64,000 nucleotides of DNA from Raillietiella orientalis (lineage: Eukaryota). Positions within the stretch are counted from its first letter, which is position 1. The number at the start of each line of letters is the position of its first letter. The position numbers were made by a program, and so were the translations under genes. The notes below the pieces were generated by a model. That model ran no database searches. It had not been told where the DNA came from and saw only the letters and a program-made list of their open reading frames with translations. The DNA is taken from assembly GCA_036172245.1 (NCBI GenBank), contig JAYWIR010000033.1:2046001-2110000 (forward strand). The letters run 5' to 3'. Of this stretch, positions 62,800 through 64,000 are shown piece after piece.

Positions 62800-64000
62800 T
62801 GCCTTCTCGCTTGAATTCTTTTTGCGTTTCCGAAGGTTCTTCCACTGAAGACCCATTCTCCGTGCCCTATGCCCTCTACAGCCCAAATGAAGGGCACTGC
62901 TGACCCGCGCCGGGACGATGCTCTGGGAATCCGGATGCTGGGATGAAGGGAGTTGCTAATGAAGCTCAGAAGATTCGCTCTGGTGGTCCAGAGGTTTAGT
63001 GAACATTAGTTCCTCACGAGCGTCGCATCTACCGGCAGGCTGTTGGCTGCGAGGGCCTGGCATCTCTACTTCTGCTCCAGGTTGAAGTGCCTTGGCTTTA
63101 TCCTGAGTCACGTGACCTACCTACTGAATATAAATTTCTGAAAAATTTTCAGAAATTCAAGGCAGATGTTTCACTGACCGATACGAAGAGGTCGACAGTT
63201 TGGAGTAAGGACGTAGTTTCCAGCCTCGTTAGGTAGATTGGGTATGCCTAGAAGATATTCCGTTGATTTCTCTGCACGGAGGTGCTCGTTGACTACTCCA
63301 ACATCGGCGACAAATGTGAAAATCGGTAGGCAGAGAGCAAATGGATGGAAACTGCGAGTTTGCATTGAGAATCAAGGAAACTCGTCATCAGTGTACAATT
63401 CACAACTCTTCCTGGAACACAAGCATGAATACAATCTGCATTTGTCTGAATTGAACTGAGATTGAGAAGTTCTCGTGATATCCTAGGTCCCTTGGAAAGA
63501 TGGAATGGGGAGGCAAGAAACTGGCAGCGAAGATCCTCGTTGTTGGTTGCACCCTCAAGCACATCACCCGTGAAACACAAAGATGAATAACTCAGGCATA
63601 GAAAGGAGGAAATTACATACAATCTGGCGTACGATCCAATGCAGAAAAGCACGGCTTTAACTCAGTGGAAAGCTCCAGGACCAAGGGGAGACAGAGACAG
63701 CATCGTGCGTCGGCTCCTTCATTGGTCGTTGGAGGAAGTTTCAGACTTCTCGATTGTAAACCTATTTATGCAGAGAGCAGCAGTTGACTGTTTGTGCGAG
63801 CAGCGCCCACCTCACATCAGAAGGTCAGCAACGTCTTCAGCCAATGAGTTGGAGACTCGAATGCGATTACGGAGAGGCTCCACGAGCTGTTGACTCCTAC
63901 GCAAGAAGAGCGAAAACTGATGGCCTCCCATAAATTCCTTCCTGCAATACGTCCGAAACTGTGCCCACATCTGCAGCTCCAGCCAGACAAGGAAGTGATC
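62800..64000 (+). mobile_element. LINE post-RT remnant running off the window
   Basis: ALGIR (YLGI position, ~62920), CSRL, PASLGRLGMP (PxxxGGLG motif, ~63220). Confidence 0.5.

Overview
Eukaryotic, gene-poor DNA that is mostly a graveyard of decayed retroelements; I find no intact protein-coding gene. The host is plant-like (degenerate F-box fragments, L1 and Penelope-like remnants); a lycophyte such as Selaginella is only a guess. Recognisable content: many frameshifted L1/Tx1-type LINE remnants (APE endonuclease, RT motifs, C-terminal zinc finger, one ORF1 with two zinc knuckles), two Penelope-like RT remnants with no evident endonuclease, three F-box-like fragments, and a degenerate, internally deleted LSU rRNA fragment between direct repeats. 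The most interesting signal is a non-coding, hairpin-rich ~0.65-0.69 kb element present twice (4103-4745, 27580-28266). Each copy is inserted into a LINE with a near-perfect 5-bp target duplication and carries a split hammerhead-like core whose closing helix is kept despite sequence change: a candidate retrozyme/viroid-like mobile RNA. Two LINE families also end without poly(A): one at AATAAA followed by CG(CC) (possible target specificity), the other in a conserved 37-nt hairpin. All motif calls and pairings were made by eye; remnant boundaries are approximate.
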